DNA of 64,000 nt, from contig CAXXLF010000001.1 in the NCBI GenBank assembly GCA_963664015.2, forward strand, positions 64,001-128,000, read 5' to 3'. Positions 9,125 to 18,344 of the stretch are shown in pieces. Position numbers and translations under genes: made by a program. The notes under the pieces are model-generated. The model was not told the DNA's origin, ran no database searches, and worked only from the letters and a program-made list of their open reading frames with translations. How positions within the stretch are numbered: position 1 is the stretch's first letter; the number at the start of each line of letters is the position of its first letter. This stretch comes from Candidatus Binatia bacterium. GTDB lineage: Bacteria; Desulfobacterota; Binatia; UBA9968; CAXXLF01.

Positions 9125-9982
9125 ATGGCAAAACTCGTTGAGATTATCGGCATTACCCACAACCCCTTTCTCCCTACACTAATGAAAGCACCCGCCCCGG
9201 ATCCGGTCATCGTGCAGACTGCCAAGGACTATGATTGGATGCGGCAAAAAATGACCAAGGCCAGACCCGATGTCTTGATCGTTGTTGCCAGCGACCACCT
9301 GAACCAGTGGTTCACGGACAACATGCCCGCATTTATGGTGGGCAAGGCACCCTCCATCGAGGGGCCCGCACCAATAGAGATTCGCGCCTTCGGCCTGGCC
9401 CCTTATAAAGCCAAGATAGACACGGACATTGCCAAGGGTATCATCACGGAAGGCTCCCGTCTGGGCGTGGACTTCGCATTCTCCGACGAGTGCATGATTG
9501 ACCATGCCTTCACGGTACCGTTAAATTTTATACGCCCCGAGATGGACCTTCCCATTGTACCCATCTGGACCAACGTCATGGCTCAACCACTACCCAAAGC
9601 GCAGCGTTTTTACGACGTTGGCCAGCGCATCCGGGAAGCCGTCGAGGCGCTGCCCAACGGCACCCGGGTCGGTGTCGTCTCCAGCGGCCACCTGGCGGTG
9701 GAGGTCGGCGGTCCCAAGTCCTCTGACTACTCCGGGGATACAGAGTTTGATCGGCGCATGATGGAGTTGATCACTACCGGAGACGCACAAACGTTGATTC
9801 GGGAGGCGACCTTCGAGCGCATGGTGAAAGCGGGCAATGTGACCCCCGGATTTTTGAACTATGTTCTCCTCATGGGGATCGCCGGCGGGGCCAAACCCAC
9901 CGCCACGGGGTTGGAATTTCCCGAGGTCACCGCGGCCATGCACTATATGGACTGGGAGATAGATGGAGGAGGAGCTGCATGA
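9125..9982 (+). CDS. Class III extradiol ring-cleavage dioxygenase, LigB-like catalytic subunit
   Basis: THNP, ASDHLNQWF, IDHAFTVPL and SSGHLA motifs. Confidence 0.88.
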   Translation: MAKLVEIIGITHNPFLPTLMKAPAPDPVIVQTAKDYDWMRQKMTKARPDVLIVVASDHLNQWFTDNMPAFMVGKAPSIEGPAPIEIRAFGLAPYKAKIDTDIAKGIITEGSRLGVDFAFSDECMIDHAFTVPLNFIRPEMDLPIVPIWTNVMAQPLPKAQRFYDVGQRIREAVEALPNGTRVGVVSSGHLAVEVGGPKSSDYSGDTEFDRRMMELITTGDAQTLIREATFERMVKAGNVTPGFLNYVLLMGIAGGAKPTATGLEFPEVTAAMHYMDWEIDGGGAA

Positions 9983-10266
9983 ACAGGTATCAAGTGAATA
10001 AAGTTATGAGGCGAGTTATCCAGGAGCCGGATTGCTTTCAAGCCTTCAAGGAGGACGCTGCTGCCTTCCTCGAAAAACAGAATCTAACCCAGCAGGAACG
10101 GGAGGCACTGATCAAGGTTGACTATCCGACCCTCTATGCCGCCGGGGTTCACCCCTTTCTTCTCAACGGCTTTGTCAATCGGGTCTGGACCGGGGATCGC
10201 GGGAAGCTAAGGACCGAGTATCGTGAAAAGATCGCACCCTTTGGGTACCCGGATTTTTCCACCTGA
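9979..10266 (+). CDS. LigA-like small (alpha) subunit of an extradiol dioxygenase
   Basis: YQVNK...LTQQEREAL...LYAAGVHPFLL; ATGA overlap with the LigB-like gene. Confidence 0.75.
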   Translation: MNRYQVNKVMRRVIQEPDCFQAFKEDAAAFLEKQNLTQQEREALIKVDYPTLYAAGVHPFLLNGFVNRVWTGDRGKLRTEYREKIAPFGYPDFST

Positions 10267-10379
10267 GCCGGTTACAAGTCCATTCTTCAATCCAGGCAAC
10301 GGTTGAATCCAAGCTCCCCATTGAGTAGGTATTTTTAGCTTCTCTAATAGTTTATTTTACAGCAAAAGGAGAACGCCTT

Positions 10380-11333
10380 ATGGAGTACCGACGGCTCGGC
10401 ACCTCGGGGCTCAAGGTTTCCGCCCTGGGTCTCGGCACCAACAGCATGGGACGCCGCGTGGACGAGCAGGGAGCCAAACGGATCATCGATCAAGCCCTGG
10501 GCTTGGGAATCAACTTTATTGATACGGCCAATATTTACGGGGGGGGCCTATCCGAGGAGTATATCGGCAAGGCCCTCAAGGGGAAGCGCCAGCAGGCCAT
10601 TCTCGCAACCAAGTTCGGCCGCGTCATGGACGACACCCCAAATGGCAGGGGTGCATCGTGCTCGCATATCGCGGATCAGGTGGAGGGCAGTCTAAAACGG
10701 CTTGGCACCGATTTCATCGACCTCTATCAACTTCACATTCATGACCCGGATACGCCCATCGAGGAAACCCTTCGCGCCCTCGACAACTGTGTGCGGCAAG
10801 GCAAGGTGCGCTACATCGGCTGCTCCCAGGTCTCTGCATGGCAGGCGTGTGAAGCCGTCTGGACCTCCATACACTTGAATCTGAATGCCTTCGTATCCGT
10901 ACAATCCCATTACAACCTACTGCAGAGGGAAATAGAAAAAGAAATGGTGCCGTTCTGCCGCGCCTATGGTCTCGGTATCATCCCTTACTTTCCCCTGGAA
11001 GGAGGGGTATTGACAGGAAAGTATCGCCTCGGGGAACCCGCACCCAAGGGGTCCCGCTTTGCTGGAAATCAAGCGGACAATAAACGCATGTCCAAAAGGA
11101 ACCTCTCCATTGTTGCCGGTCTTCAGAAATTCACGGAGCAACGCGGTAAGACGGTTGCCGAGCTCGCCGTCGCCTGGCTCCTTGCCGATCCACTGGTTAG
11201 TACCGTCATTGCCGGAGCCACCCGACCGGAACAGGTGCTGGCCAACGAGCGATCCGTAGGCTGGGATTTAACTCCCGAGGAATTGAAAGAAATCGATGCT
11301 ATTGTTCAAAGTGAAGGCATGACCGCCAACTAG
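10380..11333 (+). CDS. Aldo/keto reductase
   Basis: LGLGT, IDTANIYG, LATKFG, DLYQLH, GKVRYIGCS motifs. Confidence 0.95.
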   Translation: MEYRRLGTSGLKVSALGLGTNSMGRRVDEQGAKRIIDQALGLGINFIDTANIYGGGLSEEYIGKALKGKRQQAILATKFGRVMDDTPNGRGASCSHIADQVEGSLKRLGTDFIDLYQLHIHDPDTPIEETLRALDNCVRQGKVRYIGCSQVSAWQACEAVWTSIHLNLNAFVSVQSHYNLLQREIEKEMVPFCRAYGLGIIPYFPLEGGVLTGKYRLGEPAPKGSRFAGNQADNKRMSKRNLSIVAGLQKFTEQRGKTVAELAVAWLLADPLVSTVIAGATRPEQVLANERSVGWDLTPEELKEIDAIVQSEGMTAN

Positions 11334-11353
11334 ACCAACTATAAAGGATTGAT

Positions 11354-11959
11354 ATGACCATCAAGCTATATGACTTTCCGAGTTCACCAAATTGCAAAAG
11401 AGTTAAGGTCGTCCTAGAGGAAAAGAAACTCGCCTACGACAAGGTGTTTATTGATCTTCCAAAAAGGGAGCAGAAACGACCGGAATATCTCAAGCTCAAC
11501 CCGTACGGGAAGGTACCAGTCATTGCCGACGGTGATAGGGTCCTTTACGAGTCGTGTATCATCAACGAATACCTGGAAGAGACCTATCCGGACCCACCCC
11601 TTATGCCTAAAAATCCTCACAAGAGGGGAAGGATTCGCATCCTGATCGATTACGGCATCAACCACTTCGGCGAGCCTTATCAAAAGGTTCGCAAGGAGAT
11701 GGGGAAGGATATCAAGGATCAAGATCAATCCGTTATCGAGGAAGGCAAAAAGACCTTGAAAGAGTTAATCCAACCTTTCGAGGATGAAATTAGAGACCAG
11801 GAGTATCTGGCCGGGGCTTTTTCTCTCCTGGACGCGGATTTGATCCCGCGCTTTGTTCGTTACGAGGAATGGGGTCTCATCCCCGATCCCTCGTTTCCCA
11901 AGCTGGGTCAGTGGTTGAAACGAATGAAAGAGCGCCCCTCGGTACGCGTAATACTGTAA
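11354..11959 (+). CDS. Glutathione S-transferase family protein
   Basis: SSPNCKRV, LNPYGKVP, LYESCIINEYLEE, FSLLD motifs. Confidence 0.92.
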   Translation: MTIKLYDFPSSPNCKRVKVVLEEKKLAYDKVFIDLPKREQKRPEYLKLNPYGKVPVIADGDRVLYESCIINEYLEETYPDPPLMPKNPHKRGRIRILIDYGINHFGEPYQKVRKEMGKDIKDQDQSVIEEGKKTLKELIQPFEDEIRDQEYLAGAFSLLDADLIPRFVRYEEWGLIPDPSFPKLGQWLKRMKERPSVRVIL

Positions 11960-12001
11960 TGGATAGCAAAGTATCAGACCGTCTTGATGAGGAGATTAAC
12001 T

Positions 12002-12550
12002 ATGAGCCAGGCTTCAGGAAAAATCGACCTCGCCAAGTTCAGAGAGGCCAATAAGGACCAGCGGGAGCGGGCCAAGAGGGGCCCCGGGGGGCACACGATT
12101 CAAACCCGCGCCGTGATCCGCCTGATCGAAAATCAACTAAAAGAGGCCAGGGTCGGAGATTATACCCTGCGGTGCGACGAGGCCAAGTCGCGAAAGGGAG
12201 GGGGAGAGGGGCCGTCGCCCCTGGCCTATTTCGTCGCTGCGACCGGATTTTGAATGTTCAGCCAACTGACGCGGTACGCGTCGGAACTGGACATTCAGAT
12301 CGATGATGCGGAAATGGATATCCGCATGAGCTACGACACACGGGGGAAGCAACACATTGCCGACGTCTCACCGGCCTGCCAGGAGGTGAATTACGTCTTC
12401 AAGATCAAGAGCCCCGCACCAACGTCCAAGATCACGGAGCTGGTAGAGATGATTGAGAAAGGGTGCCACACCATCAACACCCTGAAAGAGCCGATTCCTG
12501 TAAATGGTAAGCTGGCGCACAATGGGGAGACGATCGAAATAAAGGTCTGA
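12002..12550 (+). CDS. OsmC/Ohr-like peroxiredoxin family selenoprotein, 182 aa with predicted Sec84 at TGA 12251-12253
   Basis: ORFs 11984-12253 and 12254-12550 are one frame: CDE..GGGEGPSPLAYFVAATGF-U-MFSQ...EKGCHTINTL; the TGA falls at the OsmC catalytic Cys position; SECIS-like hairpin follows; RBS GAGGAG before ATG 12002. Confidence 0.85.
12251..12297 (+). promoter_or_regulatory. Bacterial SECIS-like element
   Basis: TGAATGTTCAG pairs with CTGGACATTCA (11 bp, one GU); CTGACGCG pairs with CGCGTCGG (8 bp, one GU); apical loop GTA/GGTAC about 20 nt after the UGA. Confidence 0.8.
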
Positions 12551-12551
12551 A

Positions 12552-12814
12552 GGCGCTTCGCGCCCTGAGCCAGTTGTCAGATGTCGGAGATCCGACGTCA
12601 GAGAAGAGACATAAGAGGTCGGAGAACCAAGATCAGAGTTCGGCTAAAAGGCAGGTAGCGTCAAGGTGCCAAGCTCGCAAAGAAAATTATTGTCCGATTC
12701 CTCCGACCTTGGCGTACTTTGTGTCTTTGCGCTCGCCCCATGGAGTATTGATCTCAAGGTAGGCCGAGTAAGCCCCAAAGGCTTTACTCCACGGGGCGAG
12801 CCCTCTTATTTCCG
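12552..12814. repeat. Cluster of REP-like palindromes
   Basis: GGCGCTTCGCGCC; GTCGGAGATCCGAC; CTTGGCGTACTTT 12708-12720; 16/17 inverted repeat GCTCGCCCCATGGAGTA (12731-12747) and TACTCCACGGGGCGAGC (12785-12801). Confidence 0.7.
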
Positions 12815-12838
12815 GTTCTTTAACCAATAATTCTTTGA

Positions 12839-14413
12839 CTAAAATTTGATAAATATTTCTTTAGCCTCTTCGCCGGTCAACTGGCCGATGGTGGTGATCT
12901 TGTCGCTGAATTCCTTCAGCGTCCCCAGAGAGTTGGGACCGACATCGATGAGGATCGAAAATAGCGAGAAGCCCAGCTTATTCTTTTCCTTGCAAAAAGC
13001 CTCTGCCCATTCACCGTTGACCTGACACTCCCCGTCGGTAATAAACACGATGTCTCCCTTTCGGGAACGCGACTTTTTAAGGCAATCAAGGGCTGCATCC
13101 AGTGGTTTCTGAAAATCCGTTCCGCCGCCGGGGAAGTACTCGGCCAGATCCATGACCTTATCCATCTCGACCTCGTAGCGCTCCTTGGGATTCATGTCGA
13201 GGATCTGGAGGGGTGACTCATCCGAAGAAAAGCAAATGGATTGAAAAGGGCGACGCTGGCGTCTTGCCATCTCGAGCAACGTTAGGGTAACCGCCTTGGA
13301 CCAGATCTCCTTGTCTCCTGCCATAGAGGAGCTGCCGTCCAGGCAGACCACCATGGGCCCCTTACCCTTCTCATCGGTACCCCTGAGGGAGTACTGGAGC
13401 AACTCCTGATCGAGGAAACGGCGATAGAAGTCCTTTCTAAGCCCCGGATGATGCAGCACCATCAGCTCGTTGGGAAGCAAGTGGTGAATCGAATCGCCCC
13501 GTTCAATCTCCAGGATCTCTTCGCTGGAGCGCTCGAAGACCTTTTTGCGTAGCGCCAGGGCGGAAACCTTCATGCGCCCCACCATTCGAACCAGTTTTTT
13601 TAGCTTCTCGTTACCCGCAAGGCGTCGGCCGAGTTCCAGCTTTCGCCCGGCAGGTGAACGATAACCGGTTCCCAACGTCAAGCTCCATTGCTCAGCCTCA
13701 TCGGCGGCATCTTCGAGCAGTTGGGCGACCCGGATGGCCTCCACCTGGAAACGGGCGGTAGTTTCCTTCTCCAACCGTTCGAGTTCCTCTTTGAACCTGC
13801 CCGCCTTTTGCCTGAGCTGGGCCCCAGCCCCGTCGTACTCCCCCTCGATTTTTTTCTTTCCCTGTTGCAGGTTTTTCTTGGCTTCCTGACTTAGATCCTC
13901 CTGCGATAGCCTCTCTGCTTCATCCAGTTCCTCTCCCTTTTCTTCGATAATCTCCTCTTGTCTTTTCAAGTCCCACAGGTCCAGCATCCCATGCCGTGAA
14001 AGTGCCTTTTCCGACTTGAGCAGCGCGATCACGCTTTCGCCCAGTAGGAAGGTGCACAGACCGGCCTTGGCCTCGTCGAGCAGGGTCAATTCGCGCAACG
14101 AGTGGTAGAGCTGGCCCGTCTGAAGCGCCTGAATTAACGTGCGATTATACAGCGCACTGGGAAGAACATCAGACTCTTTTAAAAATATAATGTTATACTT
14201 GAAGAGTAAGCAGAAAAGATCCTGTAGTAACATCGGAAAGTATGGCAGCAACTTATTACCAATCAATTCCAATTGGCCAAAGGCAGGGGACTCTCTACGA
14301 ATGGTATCGTAGCTGTGCCGGTCGTAAGCATCGCTTTCGATCCAACTGGAGTTCCGGGGCAGGGAACGCAGGACCGGTTTGTGGGGTAGGGTTTTCTTCC
14401 GCTTCGGCGGCAT
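12839..14413 (-). CDS. VWA domain protein (ViaA-like partner of a MoxR AAA+ ATPase)
   Basis: MIDAS motif CLDGSSSM, GGGTDF and VFITDG; central coiled coil. Confidence 0.88.
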   Translation of the reverse strand: MPPKRKKTLPHKPVLRSLPRNSSWIESDAYDRHSYDTIRRESPAFGQLELIGNKLLPYFPMLLQDLFCLLFKYNIIFLKESDVLPSALYNRTLIQALQTGQLYHSLRELTLLDEAKAGLCTFLLGESVIALLKSEKALSRHGMLDLWDLKRQEEIIEEKGEELDEAERLSQEDLSQEAKKNLQQGKKKIEGEYDGAGAQLRQKAGRFKEELERLEKETTARFQVEAIRVAQLLEDAADEAEQWSLTLGTGYRSPAGRKLELGRRLAGNEKLKKLVRMVGRMKVSALALRKKVFERSSEEILEIERGDSIHHLLPNELMVLHHPGLRKDFYRRFLDQELLQYSLRGTDEKGKGPMVVCLDGSSSMAGDKEIWSKAVTLTLLEMARRQRRPFQSICFSSDESPLQILDMNPKERYEVEMDKVMDLAEYFPGGGTDFQKPLDAALDCLKKSRSRKGDIVFITDGECQVNGEWAEAFCKEKNKLGFSLFSILIDVGPNSLGTLKEFSDKITTIGQLTGEEAKEIFIKF

Positions 14414-14485
14414 TTGATATTTACCTATCCATCCCTCAACAGAACAATTTCAACCATGTGTATCGGGCCAAGCCGGCCCCGAGTT

Positions 14486-14726
14486 AAAGTCCGAATTCCG
14501 AAGCTCGGAATCTCAAACAAACCGAGACACTCAAATCCAAAATTCAAAATCCAAAACCAGACTATTTGGAGTTTTATGTTTATTGATCAATTGGCTTTGT
14601 TTCGAATTTCGGATTTCGAGTTTCGAATTTGTAATCTTCTTTATACTTGGCGTACTTTACGTCTTTCCCTCGACTATGCTCGGGACCCTGAGCCTGTCGA
14701 ATGGTGCACGGATCATCTTATTTCCG
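14486..14726. repeat. Heptamer-periodic imperfect palindrome plus REP-like elements
   Basis: AAGTCCGAATTCCGAAGCTCGGAATCTCAAACAAA versus TTTGTTTCGAATTTCGGATTTCGAGTTTCGAATTT; CTTGGCGTACTTT 14646-14658; CCCTCGACTATGCTCGGGACCCTGAGCCTGTCGAATGG 14667-14704. Confidence 0.7.
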
Positions 14727-14764
14727 AATTGTAATCCAAAACGGAAACCTTTTTATTTCATTGC

Positions 14765-15883
14765 CTAGAACTTTTCCAACATCTCCTTTTGGACCTCTTC
14801 GATATCTCCTTTAACGGCCTCGACCTTGTTCAGAGGTCGACCGAGTCTCTCGGCCTTGGCCAGGATCTGCTCCACCTTGGCCAGGATGTTACGGAGCTTG
14901 GTGTGGACCTCGATCAGGGCCTGAGCGCGGGCCTCATTGGACTCCCATGTACGCATGGCGTATTCACGCTGTTCTCGGGATTGGTAAAGTAACTCCTGGA
15001 GTTCTTCCTCATAGCCCAGCAGAAGATCGTGGATAGTCGATCGGACTTCGGGCAGCTCCCCCGGGTTGCGCCACAGGGAGTGCTCGAGAAAGAAGAGATC
15101 TCTTTCGCTGACTTCTTTACCACCGGTTAGATAGCAATGGGCCTGGAGCAGAGACAGGCATTGACGATAGCGCCGGTCCGAAGCGATGATGTTCTTTTTG
15201 CCAAGCTCTCTGCGGATATCCGCCATGGTCCGGTAGATGGACTCTGGGACCGGGATCTCACGGACCTCGGCCTGCATGCTGCGAAGCCCCTCCAGATCGA
15301 GGGTCGTGCGCTCCCCTTGGGCTGGTGCTTCCAGCATTCGGATAAATCGGGAATCCTCAACAATATAGTCGACCACGAAGCGCAGTAGGAATCGATCGTA
15401 AAGGGCAACCAGTTCGTCATCTTCTGGTAGCTCGTTGCTCGCACCGAACAGGGTCAATAGGGGAACCGGAACGACGGCCCTGCCGTTGTGAAAGATCCGT
15501 TCGTTAATAATCGTGAGTATGGCGTTGAGAATGGAAGAATTGGCTTTGAAGATCTCGTCCAGAAAGGCAATATGGCATTCGGGAAGTTTGTATGACGTCA
15601 CCCGGCGATAGTCGTCCTGCTCAAGCGCCTTGAGGCTTACCGCACCGAAAACCTCTTCCGGCGTGGTAAACCGGGTCAACAGCCACTGAAAATACTCGGC
15701 CCCAACCAACCGCCGGCAGATCTCGTCAGCCAGCATGGACTTCGCCGTCCCTGGAGGACCAACTATCATCACGTGTTGGGAGCAAAGCAGGGCGCAGAGG
15801 GAACCATCGATCAATTCGCTTCGTTCCAAAAAGCCCTGCTGGAGCTCGGTGCGGATTTTGATGAGAATTTCCTGAGGTGTCAT
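14765..15883 (-). CDS. MoxR-family AAA+ ATPase (RavA-like)
   Basis: Walker A GPPGTAKS, LLTRFTTPEEVFG, Walker B FLDEIFKANSSILN, GASNELP, LYDRF; start placed at MTPQEIL. Confidence 0.92.
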   Translation of the reverse strand: MTPQEILIKIRTELQQGFLERSELIDGSLCALLCSQHVMIVGPPGTAKSMLADEICRRLVGAEYFQWLLTRFTTPEEVFGAVSLKALEQDDYRRVTSYKLPECHIAFLDEIFKANSSILNAILTIINERIFHNGRAVVPVPLLTLFGASNELPEDDELVALYDRFLLRFVVDYIVEDSRFIRMLEAPAQGERTTLDLEGLRSMQAEVREIPVPESIYRTMADIRRELGKKNIIASDRRYRQCLSLLQAHCYLTGGKEVSERDLFFLEHSLWRNPGELPEVRSTIHDLLLGYEEELQELLYQSREQREYAMRTWESNEARAQALIEVHTKLRNILAKVEQILAKAERLGRPLNKVEAVKGDIEEVQKEMLEKF

Positions 15884-16049
15884 GGGACTTGACCTGAGCC
15901 AACCGGTCCTTATAAAGGTAGCAAATGACCCGGGATGAGACAACAAAAACCCTCGACCTGGGAGTGACAATTGCACCGGATGGAGGTATAAGTAAACTTA
16001 TAGCAAGGCGAACCTGGTTAGAAAAAAGTCGTAGTAGGAGGGAAACACT

Positions 16050-16868
16050 ATGCCTATTATCACCATATACCGCGGCGCCTCCAGTGGGGGAGCCGACCTG
16101 GCCGAACGAGTGGGCGCCGAGTTAGGCTACCGGTGCGTGAGCCGCGAGGTTCTACTCGAAGCGAGCCGGCGTTACGGTATCCCTGAAACCAAATTCACCG
16201 AAATCTTGGAATCCGAGCCCCACTGGTGGGAGCGTTGGCGCGAGAGTCTAAAGCTATATCGGGTCACGCTTCAGGCGGCTATGTGCGAAATGGCCCTGGA
16301 GGGGAATATCGTCTACCACGGTCACGTGGGGCATGAACTCCTCCGCGGCGTCAGCCATGTCCTCAAAGTCCACCTGACCGCAACATTGGAATATCAGATC
16401 GAGCAGGTGCGCAGCCGTGACGGGATGGACGAGGAGAGCGCTCGCCGTTACATCGAAAATACCAACAAGGCCCGCTCACGCCGGCTGCAAGACCTCTTTG
16501 GCGCTGACTGGATGGATTCTAGCCGTTTCGACATGGTCCTCAATCTCGCCCACATGAAACCGGAGACCGCCTGCCAACTGATCGTCGCTGCCGTTAAGGC
16601 AGAGGAGTTTCAACCATCGGCCGAGTCACAACAGGTCTTCGAGAATCTGGCCCTGGCCTCAAAAGTAGAAGCCGCCCTGATGAGCACCCCGAGCATGCGC
16701 CATCTCAACATCTTTATCCGGGCCGATGGTGGGGTGGTCCAAGTCAGTGGGGTGTTGACCCAACCAGCCCTACAGGATGTGATCGTCCATGAGGTCGAGC
16801 AGGTCCCGGGCGTCACCCAGGTCGTTGCCGAGCTGGAAACGGCACCGATGGAGTATATATTCCCTTAG
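16050..16868 (+). CDS. Cytidylate kinase-like family protein with C-terminal BON domain
   Basis: IITIYRGASSGG...GNIVYHG; C-terminal ADGGVVQVSG...VPGVTQV. Confidence 0.8.
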   Translation: MPIITIYRGASSGGADLAERVGAELGYRCVSREVLLEASRRYGIPETKFTEILESEPHWWERWRESLKLYRVTLQAAMCEMALEGNIVYHGHVGHELLRGVSHVLKVHLTATLEYQIEQVRSRDGMDEESARRYIENTNKARSRRLQDLFGADWMDSSRFDMVLNLAHMKPETACQLIVAAVKAEEFQPSAESQQVFENLALASKVEAALMSTPSMRHLNIFIRADGGVVQVSGVLTQPALQDVIVHEVEQVPGVTQVVAELETAPMEYIFP

Positions 16869-16889
16869 CCCCCTCGGCCTGTCTCTTTT

Positions 16890-17492
16890 ATGATTGCAGC
16901 GGTTATTTTATCCGGGGGTGAATCCAGCCGGATGGGTTCTCCCAAGGCCCTTCTCCCCGTGGATGGGCAGTCCTTTATCGAACGGATCGTTGGCGCCCTC
17001 CAGGCCAGCCGGGTGGGAAGGATCCTGGTGGTACTCGGCCATCACGCGAGCGAGATCGGACCCAGAATTCAACACCTATCGGTTACGGTGGTAGTCAATC
17101 AGGACTACCGAAAGGGGCAGCTCTCCTCGCTCGTCGCTGCCATCCAGTTCCTAGAAGCGGAAGAGGGTACAGAACCCATAGACGGCCTGATGGTCCACCT
17201 GGTGGACCACCCGTTTCTGAGCCCGGCGTTGGTTGACAAGATGATCGAACGTTTTTATCAGTCGGGAAAGTGGGTCGTGGTGCCCACGTATAAGGGCAAG
17301 CGCGGGCATCCGGTCCTATTTTCAAAAGAGCTTTTTTCCGAGCTCCTCGATGCGCCGCTGGAACAGGGCGCCAAGCGCGTCGTTCACGGCCACCGAAACG
17401 AGACCCTGGAGATTGCGACAGATGAGAAAGGGGTTGTGGTTGATATCGACACGCCGGAAGAGTATCGGGCCCACCTCGACCGGTCACCATGA
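16890..17492 (+). CDS. Nucleotidyltransferase, MocA-like molybdenum cofactor cytidylyltransferase
   Basis: ILSGGESSRMGSPKALL, GQLSSL, LVDHP, RGHPVLF, DIDTPEEY; near an XDH-family gene. Confidence 0.85.
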   Translation: MIAAVILSGGESSRMGSPKALLPVDGQSFIERIVGALQASRVGRILVVLGHHASEIGPRIQHLSVTVVVNQDYRKGQLSSLVAAIQFLEAEEGTEPIDGLMVHLVDHPFLSPALVDKMIERFYQSGKWVVVPTYKGKRGHPVLFSKELFSELLDAPLEQGAKRVVHGHRNETLEIATDEKGVVVDIDTPEEYRAHLDRSP

Positions 17493-17517
17493 ACCGCCCG
17501 AGACCATGAAACTCTAA

Positions 17518-18255
17518 ATGGTACTGGCCCTGCTCCTTGGATCATCCATGCTCATGTCCTTCTGGGGAAATTTCAACCTGGCCAAGGATCATCGTACCGC
17601 AGACCGTTCTAGCGCCGAGATCGCCCCGGACCCAGCAGAAACCAAAGAAGCGATAGTCCAAGTCTACACGGCGCGTGCCTTTAACTGGCGTGGCATCTTC
17701 TCGCTGCACAGCTGGATCGCCACCAAGGAGACCGGGGCTTCATACTATACGATCTACCAGGTCATCGGCTGGCGCGTACGGCGAAATCTCCCCGCGCTTG
17801 TGGCCCTCCAAGACATCCCCGACCGAAACTGGTTTGGCGCCCGACCAAAAATAATATCCGACCTGAGAGGCGAGCCCGCCACAAAAGCCATTACGGGGAT
17901 CAACCAGGCCGTCGAGGAATATCCTTACGCCGGGAAATACACACTTTGGCCGGGACCCAACAGCAACACATTCACCGCCCATGTTGCGCGGAGGGTCCCC
18001 GAACTCGCCGCCGAGATTCCTTCCACGGCCATCGGTAAGGACTTTCTGACCAACGATTCGATCATCGGTCCTGCCCCTAGCGGAACCGGATATCAGCTAT
18101 CCCTATATGGCCTTGTGGGATTGCTCTTGGCCAAAGATGAAGGCTTGGAGATTAATCTGCTGGGGTTGATCTTTGGCATCGATCCCCTCGGACCTGCTAT
18201 AAAGTTGCCATTCATCGGCCGTCTCGGTTTCTCCCTCGACCAACCCAAAACCTGA
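17518..18255 (+). CDS. DUF3750-like protein
   Basis: ADRSSAEIAPDP, VQVYTARAFNWRGIF..HSWI, WPGPNSNTF, AIGKDF motifs. Confidence 0.75.
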   Translation: MVLALLLGSSMLMSFWGNFNLAKDHRTADRSSAEIAPDPAETKEAIVQVYTARAFNWRGIFSLHSWIATKETGASYYTIYQVIGWRVRRNLPALVALQDIPDRNWFGARPKIISDLRGEPATKAITGINQAVEEYPYAGKYTLWPGPNSNTFTAHVARRVPELAAEIPSTAIGKDFLTNDSIIGPAPSGTGYQLSLYGLVGLLLAKDEGLEINLLGLIFGIDPLGPAIKLPFIGRLGFSLDQPKT

Positions 18256-18344
18256 TCGCCGTCGACCTGGGACCGGTAAAAAAAGATTGCAAATCACTGG
18301 AAAATCCGTCATCTTCTCCCTCCAGAACCGAGTCGTCACACCAA

